A stretch of 64,000 nt of DNA. It comes from an uncultured Verrucomicrobiae bacterium (GTDB taxonomy: Bacteria; Verrucomicrobiota; Verrucomicrobiia; Limisphaerales; Palsa-1400). Location of the stretch: contig CAVPOM010000006.1 of the NCBI GenBank assembly GCA_963707025.1, forward strand, positions 512,001-576,000, read 5' to 3'. The translations under genes were made by a program, and so were the position numbers. Below are positions 11,575-20,700 of the stretch, piece by piece (within the stretch, counting starts at the first letter, position 1; each line of letters begins with the position of its first letter). A model generated the notes under the pieces. The model was not told where the DNA came from. It saw only the letters and a program-made list of their open reading frames with translations, and did not search any database.

Positions 11575-11813
11575 GGGCGCTCAGCTTCCTGGTGAGGTGT
11601 CCGGGCCGGACAACGGGCCGAAACCGGAACAACCTGTCCCATCTTAAACGCCGCCGCCGCCAGTTGGTAGCATAAACTTTGGTTTTTCCGGGATGCGCCG
11701 GTCATGGACGCGTCGCGAAAGGCTTGCGACTGGTTTTTTCGGTTGGCCAGCAAGTGTGGGTGGCGACTTGTTCGACGCCCACTCTTGCAGGCAGGGTGAG
11801 ATGCGCCACACCC

Positions 11814-11889
11814 GTTACACCGTTACAGTTGTTGATTACCAACGGTTTACGAAAACCGCCCCCGTTACACCCCGTTACATTTTGTTACA
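11814..11889 (+). repeat. Five GTTACA direct repeats around an imperfect palindrome
   Basis: GTTACA at 11814, 11822, 11864, 11874, 11884; GTTGATTACCAAC between them. Confidence 0.8.
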
Positions 11890-11901
11890 TCCAACTTTCC
11901 C

Positions 11902-12060
11902 TGCCGCAACAAATCGGTGAGGTCGTTGATTAGGGTCCCGGAAGGCCGGGACCGCCCGCCGACGGGCATTGGCAGAGGGACCAACGTCGCACCGCCGTCG
12001 TGCGGCGGGTCCCGATATTTCGGGACCCGCCCTACCACCGACGACTGACTCATTGCGGTT
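11902..12060. repeat. Inverted pair of REP-like hairpins with weak outer inverted repeats
   Basis: TAGGGTCCCGGAAGGCCGGGACC at 11931 and GCGGGTCCCGATATTTCGGGACCCGCCCTACC ending 12036; outer CCGCAA/TTGCGG; TTCCC on both flanks. Confidence 0.65.
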
Positions 12061-12090
12061 TTCCCGGATTGTCGCTCCAGCCCATGGAAC

Positions 12091-12198
12091 GGCGTGCAAG
12101 ACAGAATTCTTCGTTCGCATGGCAGGGACGCCTCGCCGAAGCGTCCGGGCGTCCCGGCGGGACGCCCCTACCAGAAGAAGAATTTTGTCCTGCGCCCC
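12091..12198. mobile_element. 108-bp MITE-like element carrying a REP dyad
   Basis: 22-bp TIRs (GGCGTGCAAGACAGAATTCTTC / GAAGAATTTTGTCCTGCGCCCC, 18/22 match); 7-bp direct repeat ATGGAAC at 12084-12090 and 12199-12205. Confidence 0.8.
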
Positions 12199-12294
12199 AT
12201 GGAACCCTGCGAGGGCGGCCAAGTTGCGCCAGACGGCGATTCCAGAATCATTGAGTTTTGGTCATTGAAAATTGGTCATTTGTCATTTAAAGGG

Positions 12295-13735
12295 ATGGGC
12301 GTGGCCGGGACCGACTCCAATTTCTACGCCCGCTGGCGGGCGCAAAATGAGGCGCGCCTTTTCCTGGGGGAGCGCGACGCCGCCCATCCGCCGGAACGGC
12401 TGCTGCAAAGCATCTGGCTGCATCAGCGGCTGCGGCGCGAGCATTTGCAAACGCTGGACGGCCAGCCTTTGCGCGTGCTCCATCCCGGCTTTTGGAACCG
12501 GGCAGGCCGGCCCTGATTTTCGCGGGGCGGTCCTGCAATTCGGCCAGGAACCGGCGCGGACGGGCGATGTGGAAATTGACTGGGTTCCGGGCAACTGGCA
12601 GGCGCACGGGCACCAGGACAATCCGGCCTTTGCCGGCGTGATTTTGCAGGTGGTGTGGGATGGCTCCGCGCGCGGCGCGCATCCCGTGCCCGCCCTGGCC
12701 CTGGAAAAGTTTGTGGACACGCCGCTGGCCGAAATGCAGCAGTGGGCCGGGAGCGGCGCGGCGCAGGACTGGCCCGCCGCCTTGCAGGGCGCGTGCTCCG
12801 CGCCGCTGGCCGAACTGGCGCCCGAACAAACCGCCGAACTGCTGCACCAGGCCGCGCGCGTCCGTTTCGAGCGCAAGGCCCGCGAGCTGGAGGCGCGGGC
12901 GCGGGAGAGCGGCTGGGAACAGGCGCTGTGGGAGGGGCTTTTTCGGGCGCTGGGTTACCAACAGAACATCTGGCCCATGCAGCGCCTGGGAGAATTGCTC
13001 CCGCGCCTGCAAAGCCCCGCCGGCTCCGTCGCGGCCTGGCAGGCCCGTTTATTGGGCGTCGGCGGCCTGCTGCCGCCGGATGTTTCCAAGGGCGGCCCGG
13101 ATGAATATCTGCGCAAGCTCTGGGACCACTGGTGGCGGGAGCGGGAGGGGTTGAGCGAGGTGGTTTTGCCCCGCAACCTCTGGCGGTTTGGCGGCCTGCG
13201 CCCGGCCAATCAACCGCAGCGCAGACTGGCGCTGGCGGCCCACTGGCTGTCAACAAAAGATTTTCTCCCCCGCCTGGAACGCTGGTTCACCGCCGCGCCA
13301 GCGCAGGCCGCCCCGGCCGGTTCGCTGCTGGCCTGCCTGCAAGCGCCGGAGGATGATTTCTGGTCCTGGCACTGGGGCCTGCGCAGCGCGCGCCTGGGCC
13401 GGCCCCAGCCGCTGCTGGGCGCGACCCGGGTGACGGACCTGGCTGTCAATGTGATTTTACCCTGGTTTTGGATGCGGGCGCAGGCGGGCCGGAACGAGGC
13501 GTTGCGGAAGATGGCCGAGGAGCGGTATCGGGCGTGGCCGGCGGGGCAGGACAACGCGCCGCTGCGCCTGGCCCGGCGGCGGTTGCTGGGCCGGGGCGGT
13601 TCGGCCGGCATCCGCTCGGCGGCCGGGCAGCAGGGCCTGCTGCAAATCGTGCGCGATTTTTGCGACCACTCCAACGCCATCTGCGCGGATTGCCAGTTTC
13701 CCGGCCTGGTGCGCGAATTTGCGGGCTGTGGCTAG
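12295..13735 (+). CDS. DUF2851-family protein (one-base frameshift near 12500)
   Basis: ERLLQSIW..LRVLHPGFWN joins QAGPDFRGA..GDVEID..W..HGH..NPAF if one G of GGG is removed; RPANQPQRRL; C-terminal FC..C..C. Confidence 0.85.
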
Positions 13736-14740
13736 AGCATTTCCATAAATCATGTAGCGTAGCGGGCGTTTAAAAAGAAGCCCCGGCAATCGGCGGTGGA
13801 GATGGCTTCAAAGGCAATCTTCGCCGCTTGGAGCAGTTCCTTGGCGGTTCGCGGCGCGAGACCTCGCATAATTTGTTTGACCTTGCTCCACATATTTTCG
13901 ATGGGATTAAAGTCTGGCGAATAGGGCGGCAGATACAGCAGCGTTGCCCCGGCCTCTTCGATGGCTTGGCGGACTCCGGTCACCTTATGCGTGGCCAAGT
14001 TGTCCATGATGACCAAGTCACCCTTGCGCAACTCCACCACCAGCCCCTGCTGGATCCAGGCCAAAAACATTTCCCCGTCCATGGCCCCCTCAAAGAGGCA
14101 GGGGGCCGCAGGCCCGGCCAGACGAATGGCGCAGACCAGGGTGGTGGTCTGATAATGTCCCTGCGGGACGTGGGCCGCCAGTCTTCGGCCCACGGGTGAC
14201 CGCCCGCAAAAACGGGTCATCTTGGTGTTGGCCCCGCTTTCATCCACGAAGACCAGTCGGGCAGGTGGGTCACTTGCCAGACGCTCATGCCAATGGGCCC
14301 GCTTTTCGGCCACGTCCGGACGGTTCTGCTCGGCGGCGCAGAGCGTTTTTTTTATAGCTCAACCCCAGTTTGCGCAGCCACAAATCCACAGTGGAGGTCC
14401 CGAAAGGGCGGTCCAGACGCGCCCCCAACTCGGCCAACGTCGCGTCGGGCTGGGCCGCCACCAGCTTTTGCAGGCGAGCCTGGCGTCCGGCGTTCAGCAG
14501 CGTTTTGCGCCCGCACAAATGGGTTTGCGGCTGGAGCGTGCCGCGCTCTTGGAACTGCTGCCGGACCCGGCGCACCGCCGCCACGCAAAAGCCGAAAAAG
14601 TCCGCGATCTCGCGGGTGCTTTTGCCTTGTTCATAGAGTTGCAGGATGCGCTCGCGCGCAGACACGGGTATCGCTCGCATGGCTCAAGCCTGCCAGCCCT
14701 CTCGCCCCAGTCAAGCTATATCATTTATGGAAACGCTCTA
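13733..14740 (-). mobile_element. IS630-family insertion sequence
   Basis: TA-flanked imperfect TIRs TAGAGCATTTCCATAAATCATGTAGC / TAGAGCGTTTCCATAAATGATATAGC enclosing HTH and DDE ORFs. Confidence 0.93.
13750..14680 (-). CDS. IS630 transposase, split at an A8 run (14346-14353)
   Basis: orfA HTH with PDATLAEL..LRKLGLSYKK; orfB FVDESG, IMDNLATHK, LPPYSPDFNPIENMWSKVK. Confidence 0.92.
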
Positions 14741-14792
14741 AAAGCCGGCTTAATCAGCAAACGCAACCAAGTTCGGTGGAAACCAGTTGTTT

Positions 14793-15056
14793 TTACTCTT
14801 TCGCTGCGAGTTGCTTGAGTTTCTCCAGGTTCAGCAGGTGCCAGCCGCGGATGCGGTATTCGGTGATTTGTTGACGGAGCAGGCGGTAAAGAGCGGGATC
14901 GGTTTGAGCCAGGTCGTCCGGCACGTCCCTGGCCGCGAATTCGGCCACGACCACAACTTCCGCCCATCGCTTCTCTTTGAGCAGGACCGGAATCTCATCC
15001 TGATGGGCCAGGAGGTGACGGGCCTGCAGTTCTTTTTGTCGCGCGCTTTGACTCAC
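14793..15056 (-). CDS. Hypothetical protein, 87 aa
   Basis: ORF with helical, protein-like composition; no recognised motif. Confidence 0.5.
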   Translation of the reverse strand: MSQSARQKELQARHLLAHQDEIPVLLKEKRWAEVVVVAEFAARDVPDDLAQTDPALYRLLRQQITEYRIRGWHLLNLEKLKQLAAKE

Positions 15057-15316
15057 AAATCAATCCATGCGTCTGATTGTAATGGGCTGGGGTTCTCACT
15101 CAAGCCTGGTCTTTCCGTGTAGTTTCGAATCGGGACTGCCCGGCTCGTCCAGGATGGGTGATGTGCATTTCGTTCTTTCAATAAACAAAGCGGAGGTTGT
15201 ATATCAAATCGGACTCGGCCGGGGTCAAATTGTTCGCTTGAGGCGATGAGGCAGATGGGGAAGACCGACACATAAAACGCCCAGTCCATCGTCCAGAAAG
15301 GATTCCATCAGGCGGT

Positions 15317-15345
15317 TTGACAAAAGGCCACGTTTGGGCCACAAT
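15317..15345 (+). promoter_or_regulatory. sigma70-type promoter with probable operator repeats
   Basis: TTGACA-N17-CACAAT ending 6 nt before the ATG; GGCCAC/GGCCAC/GGGCAC repeats overlap it. Confidence 0.7.
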
Positions 15346-15351
15346 GGGCAC

Positions 15352-15570
15352 ATGAGCGCAATTGCCAAAAGCCGTATTGACCCCGAATTGAAGCGCCAGG
15401 CTGAAGCCGTGCTGGAAGAGATCGGACTGAAACCACGGGCCGCATTGGAACTTTTTTACAAACAGATCATCAAGCGCCGGGCCATCCCGTTCCCTGTGCA
15501 AGCAGACAGCCCGGAGGATGAGGTTTTGAGCCCTGCCACCCGCCGCAATAGGCTGGCTGATGAGTTTTAG
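15352..15570 (+). CDS. RelB/DinJ-family antitoxin
   Basis: RIDPELKRQAEAVLEEIGL..A..LFYKQI....IPF. Confidence 0.88.
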   Translation: MSAIAKSRIDPELKRQAEAVLEEIGLKPRAALELFYKQIIKRRAIPFPVQADSPEDEVLSPATRRNRLADEF

Positions 15571-15572
15571 GG

Positions 15573-15896
15573 ATGAGAACTGTCCCGCAACCCGGCGAAG
15601 TTTGGTTCATTGACTTGGGCATGGTTGGCAAACCGCGCTCTGCGCTCGTTCTGGCGGCTCAAACCGATGCCCGGCTGTCACTGGCCAGCGTGGTTTTGAT
15701 CACCAGACAGTTTGAGGACACGCCTTACGAGGTGACATTGCCACGCGTGCCGTGGTTGCGGGAGCAAAGCTACATCAACGTCCAGAGCATCCAGCCGGTG
15801 AAGTTCACTGAATTTGTCCGCAAAGCTCCCGCAAAATTTGAGGCTCGCGTCATGAGCGAAGTGAAAGCCGCGCTCAAACGCTGGTTCAGGCTCTAA
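15573..15896 (+). CDS. PemK/MazF-family toxin
   Basis: QPGEVWFIDLG..GKPRSALVL..VVLIT; 2 bp after the antitoxin. Confidence 0.85.
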   Translation: MRTVPQPGEVWFIDLGMVGKPRSALVLAAQTDARLSLASVVLITRQFEDTPYEVTLPRVPWLREQSYINVQSIQPVKFTEFVRKAPAKFEARVMSEVKAALKRWFRL

Positions 15897-15999
15897 GAAC
15901 CCACCAAACCCTGCCGACCGACCCAAAAGTGTCAAAATTGAATTACCATCTCACAATTTGTTGATGACAAGAAGCAGGCGCGCTGGCACCTTCACACTT

Positions 16000-16326
16000 A
16001 TGTTCATCACCACCACGTTCAATATCGAAGGATACCACATCACCGACTACAAAGGGCTGGTGCGCGGCATCATTGTGCGGGCGCCCACCATCGCGCAAGG
16101 CATTGTGGGCGGGCTCAAGAACATCATCGGAGGGAGGATCGGGGCCTACACCGAGATGTGCGAGCAGGCGCGCCAGCAGGCCTTCGATGCCATGTTGACG
16201 CACGCCGAGGCGCTGGGAGCCAACGCGATTGTCGGTGTCAGATACGACGCTTCCGAGGTCGTGAGCAAGGGGTCGGCGACCGAAGTGTTGTGTTATGGCA
16301 CGGCGGTTGTCATTCAGAAGTCGTGA
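16000..16326 (+). CDS. YbjQ/UPF0145-family protein
   Basis: ITTTFNIEGY.I..YKGLVRG, GANAIVGVRYD, EVLCYGTAV. Confidence 0.92.
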   Translation: MFITTTFNIEGYHITDYKGLVRGIIVRAPTIAQGIVGGLKNIIGGRIGAYTEMCEQARQQAFDAMLTHAEALGANAIVGVRYDASEVVSKGSATEVLCYGTAVVIQKS

Positions 16327-16379
16327 GCAGCGCGGCTGGGTAAAGATTACGATTAGGATAAGGGACTGAAAGCGCCGCC

Positions 16380-16514
16380 TAGAGCGGTGTCACAAATACT
16401 GTAGCCACATTACGCGGTAGGGTCCCGGCAGGCCGGGATTGCCCGCCGCGGCGCGCACGGAGTGCGCGCCCTACCATCTTCATTCACGGCTACACAATCT
16501 CTTAAACCGCCCTA
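16380..16514. mobile_element. 135-bp IS630-type MITE with internal REP dyad (copy 1)
   Basis: TA-bounded 27-bp imperfect TIRs; internal GGTAGGGTCCCGGCAGGCCGGGA..GGCGCGCACGGAGTGCGCGCCCTACC; near-identical copy at 34010. Confidence 0.88.
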
Positions 16515-16584
16515 AAAAAGGGAAAGGCGCCCGACGAGGTTTCCAGCGGGAACCTGCCGGTCTAAAGCCGGCACCACAGTTTCT

Positions 16585-17337
16585 TCAGGCGGGCACTTCC
16601 CCAAGGGCCGACCCTTGGCTGTCAAATTCCTGCTGCGGAGGCGCGGCCTCCAGGGACTCTCCCTCCGGGATGGAATCGTTTTCGGGAGGGGAGTCGTTTT
16701 CCGGCGGCTCGCCGCTGGCGGCGGCGGCGGCCCGCTCGGCCGCCAGTTCGATGTCGCGCTCGGCCTGGTGCGGATTTTTGGCGCGTTTGGCCCTGGGCAA
16801 GGGGCTGAGCATGACGTTGATGCCTTTGCCGATCAGTTTGGGCGGGGCGTCCGGGTGGCCGTAAGGGATCAGGCTCTGGGCAAATTTCTCCACCTGCTGA
16901 AATCCCAATTCCTTGTGGGCCATCTCGCGGCCGCGAAAGCGCAGGGTGATCTTCACCTTCATGTCTTCGCAGAGAAAATCCACCGCGTGCTGCAATTTGA
17001 CGCCGAAATCATGCGGGTCAATATTGGGGCTGAGCTGGACTTCCTTGACCTTGTTGGCGTGCTGATGTTTGCGGGCTTCTTTTTCCTGCTTGGCCAGTTC
17101 GTAGCGGTATTTGCCGAAGGCGATCAAGCGGCAGACGGGCGGGGTGGCATTGGGGGCGATTTCCACCAAATCCACCGCCTTGGAGCGGGCCAGGCTGATG
17201 GCCTCGGGCAGCGACATCACGCCCAGCATTTTCTTTTCCCCGTCAATGACGCGGACCTCGCGGGCGCGGATTTTCCCGTTGACGCGCGTGAAAGAGGCGG
17301 CGGAAGGAGGGGTACGAGGAGAAAAAGGGCGACTCAA
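16585..17337 (-). CDS. infC: Translation initiation factor IF-3
   Basis: VNGKIRAREVRVI, DLVEIAPNATPPVCR, KVKITLRFRGRE; non-ATG (TTG) start. Confidence 0.96.
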   Translation of the reverse strand: MSRPFSPRTPPSAASFTRVNGKIRAREVRVIDGEKKMLGVMSLPEAISLARSKAVDLVEIAPNATPPVCRLIAFGKYRYELAKQEKEARKHQHANKVKEVQLSPNIDPHDFGVKLQHAVDFLCEDMKVKITLRFRGREMAHKELGFQQVEKFAQSLIPYGHPDAPPKLIGKGINVMLSPLPRAKRAKNPHQAERDIELAAERAAAAASGEPPENDSPPENDSIPEGESLEAAPPQQEFDSQGSALGEVPA

Positions 17338-17434
17338 GAGGCCCTCACCAGTGCTAGGATGTTCATGTATGCTTCAAATGACTTCTGTGCGGGCCCTGCT
17401 GTTGGGCAGAGCGCCGCTATCACCCATCGTCTAT

Positions 17435-17463
17435 AAACTAAAACCCAAGCCCGGTTTTTGCAA
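17435..17463 (-). promoter_or_regulatory. Probable sigma70 promoter of infC
   Basis: TTGCAA-N17-TAGTTT on the minus strand. Confidence 0.55.
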
Positions 17464-17534
17464 GTTAAAAAATGTGTCGGACAAGGGCCGGGTGGCATGG
17501 CACAAGGGGGGTTAAGATCAGCAGGTCCGGGGGG

Positions 17535-18557
17535 CTAGGTTTTGAGGGTTTCCACGATTTTTACGGCCAACTGCCGGCCGGAGGTGCCGAGCTGGCCGGT
17601 GAATTTGGGCATGGACTCCAGGGATATTTCGACTTGACTTGTGGCAGCCTGGGACAAGGGCAGCAGGTCGCCGGGTTTCAGGCCGGCGAGTTGGCGGGCG
17701 CTGATGGCCAGGCCGCGCCAACGGGCGCTGACCTGGACGCGGACCTCGTTGAGCGCCGGATTCCAGCGGGGGGCCGCGCCGGTTGGAGCGGCGGGTGTTC
17801 TTTGGCCGGAAGGGAGGTCGGAGCTGATTTTGGCCAGGAGCACTTCCAGGATGGATTGGGGGAAGGCGATCTGGATGGTCTCAACCGTCTGGGCAAAGCG
17901 CACTTCCAGGCCCAGGCAAAGGAACATGGTTTCAGGGGAGGCAAGGTTAAGGAAGCGGCCCGAGGTTTCGTGGCCAAGCAGGGCGGGGCGCATGGGGAGG
18001 GCGTCGGCCCAGGCGCTGCACCATTCGGCGACCATGAGGTTGACGACCTTGGCGGCCAGCTTGGTCTCGATTTGGGTCAGGTCGCGGATGTCGTCCTGGC
18101 AAACCGCCGGGCCGCCCAGTTCGCGGTCCACGATGGTCAGACCCAGCCGGGCCGGCATGTCCAGGAGGCAGACGCCTTCCAGCGGTTCGATTTTGAAGAG
18201 AGTCAAATAAGTCGGGTTGGAGAGGGAATCCACGAACGGCTGAAAGCGGAGGGCATCCAGTTTGGTCAATTGCAGGGAGCATTCCAAACGGAGATGAATG
18301 GAGAGGCGGGCAGTCAGGGAACTGACAAACGAATCGCAATGCATGCGCAGTTTGCGCATTTCGCCGGTGCCGAAGGAGCAGACCTTGGGAAAAGCCACGC
18401 GCGCAGTCGCATCCTGCCCGGTCCCCGGCTCGCCGCCCGGCCCGCCCGCCAGCGCATCGCTTTCACTGACCGAGGCCAAAAGCTGTTCGACCTCGGATTG
18501 GGACATGGCCGTTGAGACCGGGCTGGCCGGGGGTGTTTGAGTGGGGGAGGCGAACAT
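17535..18557 (-). CDS. fliM: Flagellar motor switch protein FliM
   Basis: MSQSEVEQLL CheY-binding-like motif; VDRELGG, RDLTQIE, HETSGRF; C-terminal SPOA domain (LKPGDLL). Confidence 0.88.
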   Translation of the reverse strand: MFASPTQTPPASPVSTAMSQSEVEQLLASVSESDALAGGPGGEPGTGQDATARVAFPKVCSFGTGEMRKLRMHCDSFVSSLTARLSIHLRLECSLQLTKLDALRFQPFVDSLSNPTYLTLFKIEPLEGVCLLDMPARLGLTIVDRELGGPAVCQDDIRDLTQIETKLAAKVVNLMVAEWCSAWADALPMRPALLGHETSGRFLNLASPETMFLCLGLEVRFAQTVETIQIAFPQSILEVLLAKISSDLPSGQRTPAAPTGAAPRWNPALNEVRVQVSARWRGLAISARQLAGLKPGDLLPLSQAATSQVEISLESMPKFTGQLGTSGRQLAVKIVETLKT

Positions 18558-18575
18558 AGGCGTGGGAGGCAGAGG

Positions 18576-19613
18576 TCAGGCCTTCTTGCGGATTTCCTCC
18601 AAATCTATGGTGCCGTCGCTTTCCAGGCGTCGGACCGTTTCGATGATCTCCATTTGGGCGGCGTCAATTTGGCTGAGTTTGATCGAGCCGAGGAAGCTGA
18701 TTTCCTCGCGGACGTTGTCGGCGGCGCGTTTGGAGATGCTGGCGAGCATCTTGTTTTTGACGTTGGCCGGGGCGGCCTTCAAAGCAATGGCCAGGGTGCG
18801 GAAATCCACTTCCTGCAGGATCTTCTGCAGGGTCTTGGTTTCCAGGCGCTCCAGTTCCTCGAAGGTGAGCATTTTTTTCAGAACGGCGTCGCCCAACTCG
18901 GCGTTGTGCTCGCGCAGGGAGTTGAGAATGGAGTCGCTGACGTTTTTGGGCAGGGCGTTGAGCAGATCGGCGGCGACCTTGACTCCGCCGGTGTGGCTGA
19001 GGGCGCGGGTGGGGTTGCCGGCCAGCCTGGCGTGGAGCGACTCGGCCACGCTTTCGACCACATCCAGGGAAGTGGGGGACAGGGTGGCGAGGCGTTCGAC
19101 CACTTGCTCGCGCTGTTCTGGGCGGACCAGTCCCAGGAATTGGGAGGCCTTTTCCGGCGGCAGGTAGCTGACGACCAGGGCCATGGTTTGCAGTTGCTCG
19201 TGGCGGAGGACGTTGTAAAGGGCGCGGGGATCCATCTCGATGATTTCCTGCATGGCGGCCACCGACGGCCGCTGCACGGAAACCCGGCCGATAATGTCGG
19301 AGGCGCGGAACAAACCGACGGCTTTTTCCAGGATGATTTTGACGCGGTCCACCCCGCCCGGGATGGCGGTGGTGGCCTGCAGCGCGACGGGCAGGAACTC
19401 TTCCATGATCTCGTTCTGCAGTTGGTGGGAGATGGCGGAGAATTTGGCCATCTCCGCGGAAACGGCCTCCAATTCCGAGGCTTCCAACTGTTCCATGATG
19501 TGGGCGGCGTTGTCCGGCTCCAACATCAAAAGGAAGCCGGCCAGCTTCTGCAACTGGTTCAGCTTGGAAAACTCCGTGGTTTCCTGGCTCGGCGCCTCTT
19601 CGGTGGCATTCAT
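18576..19613 (-). CDS. fliG: Flagellar motor switch protein FliG
   Basis: EQLQTMALVVSYL, GGVKVAADLLN, MLTFEEL, LAIALK, SKRAA..REE. Confidence 0.93.
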   Translation of the reverse strand: MNATEEAPSQETTEFSKLNQLQKLAGFLLMLEPDNAAHIMEQLEASELEAVSAEMAKFSAISHQLQNEIMEEFLPVALQATTAIPGGVDRVKIILEKAVGLFRASDIIGRVSVQRPSVAAMQEIIEMDPRALYNVLRHEQLQTMALVVSYLPPEKASQFLGLVRPEQREQVVERLATLSPTSLDVVESVAESLHARLAGNPTRALSHTGGVKVAADLLNALPKNVSDSILNSLREHNAELGDAVLKKMLTFEELERLETKTLQKILQEVDFRTLAIALKAAPANVKNKMLASISKRAADNVREEISFLGSIKLSQIDAAQMEIIETVRRLESDGTIDLEEIRKKA

Positions 19614-19702
19614 TGATTTCTTTGTGATGTTCACCTGGGGCCGTCCGGGAACGCCCGGCACGGCAATGCCGCCCGCCACACCACGCGCGAGCGCTTATTA
19701 CA

Positions 19703-19729
19703 GTATCGGCAGGATCCCGCGATCATTTA
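19703..19729 (-). promoter_or_regulatory. sigma28 (FliA) promoter for fliG-fliM
   Basis: TAAA-N15-GCCGATAC on the minus strand. Confidence 0.8.
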
Positions 19730-19772
19730 GCGGCTTTTTAGCGGGGAGCGGGCCTTTTTTCCCCCCCTTCGG

Positions 19773-19799
19773 TAAAGGAATCGGCGTGGCCGCCGATAG
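19773..19799 (+). promoter_or_regulatory. sigma28 (FliA) promoter, divergent
   Basis: TAAA-N15-GCCGATAG. Confidence 0.8.
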
Positions 19800-19810
19800 C
19801 TTGACTACAG

Positions 19811-20029
19811 ATGGATTCCACCGCCCAGATCCCAGGCAGTCCGCCCCCGCCCCAGGGGGTCCCGCCGCCATTGGGCCGGGCCGGAGTGGAAGGCAAGGTT
19901 GAAGAGGCGGCCGGCGAAGGAGGCGCGCGACCGCCCGCTCCAATGGCCGTCCCGCGCAGTCCGGTTCTTTACCTGATGAGCTTGCGCTCGGGTCGCCGTC
20001 CGCGCCAGGAAAAGCCAAAGGAACAGTGA
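19811..20029 (+). CDS. Small hypothetical protein (72 aa) behind the sigma28 promoter
   Basis: ATG 11 nt after the -10 box; Pro-rich with an SPVLYLMSLR segment. Confidence 0.45.
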   Translation: MDSTAQIPGSPPPPQGVPPPLGRAGVEGKVEEAAGEGGARPPAPMAVPRSPVLYLMSLRSGRRPRQEKPKEQ

Positions 20030-20119
20030 ATTTTGAAATGCCGGTCTTTTCCCGATACGAGTCAATTTGTTTTAGCACGTCGGCCCAAAAAAATCCGATT
20101 GGCGGGCTTCCCGGATCAT
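20030..20119 (-). pseudogene. Truncated, frameshifted ParE/RelE-like toxin remnant
   Basis: ATGA overlap with the antitoxin stop; MIREARQSDFF then, in another frame, ADVLKQIDSYREKTG; similarity ends there. Confidence 0.55.
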
Positions 20120-20367
20120 GCAGTCACAGACCCTCGGGCGCGGGAGCGAAGTTGATTAAAATGTTTCGCGGTGAGAGGCCGATGCGGACCTGGCACGGCG
20201 GCGAGCAGCAATTCCGCCAATTCCTGGCTGTCAACGACGGCGGGATCATCTTTGGCTTTTAAATCGCGCAAGGCTTCCCGCACCACTTCGCCCGCATCGG
20301 CGTAGCCGGCATTCTCAACCTTTTCGGCAATGAATGCTTCCAGTTCTTTGTGCAGCGTCACCTGCAT
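20116..20367 (-). CDS. ParD-like ribbon-helix-helix antitoxin
   Basis: MQVTL..ELEAFI..KV..GY..AGEVVREALR. Confidence 0.85.
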   Translation of the reverse strand: MQVTLHKELEAFIAEKVENAGYADAGEVVREALRDLKAKDDPAVVDSQELAELLLAAVPGPHRPLTAKHFNQLRSRARGSVTA

Positions 20368-20436
20368 GAACTTATTGTTGCCCAGGGTTCGCCTGCTGCC
20401 AATCCGGCTTAACCTCGCGATTCTGGAAAAAAAGGG

Positions 20437-20465
20437 TTGACCGGGAGGCGCTGTTGGGGTATCTG
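20437..20465 (+). promoter_or_regulatory. sigma70-type promoter of the leuA leader
   Basis: TTGACC-N17-TATCTG. Confidence 0.55.
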
Positions 20466-20474
20466 TTGGGCGTG

Positions 20475-20543
20475 ATGATGAATTTGAGCCTTCGACTGTC
20501 GCTTGGCGCGCTGCTAATCAGCCGCGCGGCGGTTGAGGTTTGA
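20475..20543 (+). CDS. Leucine attenuator leader peptide (22 aa)
   Basis: MMNLSLRLSLGALLISRAAVEV with six Leu codons (TTG, CTT, CTG, CTT, CTG, CTA). Confidence 0.8.
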   Translation: MMNLSLRLSLGALLISRAAVEV

Positions 20544-20562
20544 ATTGGCCGAGTGATTTTTT

Positions 20563-20599
20563 AAACCCCATCGCCCCTGGCAGGCGATGGGGTTTTTTT
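20563..20599 (+). terminator. Attenuator terminator upstream of leuA
   Basis: AAACCCCATCGCC-loop-GGCGATGGGGTTTTTTT. Confidence 0.88.
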
Positions 20600-20700
20600 G
20601 TTGCCGGGCGGGACGGCGGGGAAAGCGGGCGCGCCAGCAGCCTGGGACGGACCGGGCGGGCGGGCTGGGAAAGAAGCAGAACAAGATGAGGAGCAAGAAT

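Noticed and set aside
19965..20025. CTGATGAG..GAAA as a hammerhead ribozyme
   Set aside because: Stem II does not close with the required pair before GAAA, and stems I and III are not evident.
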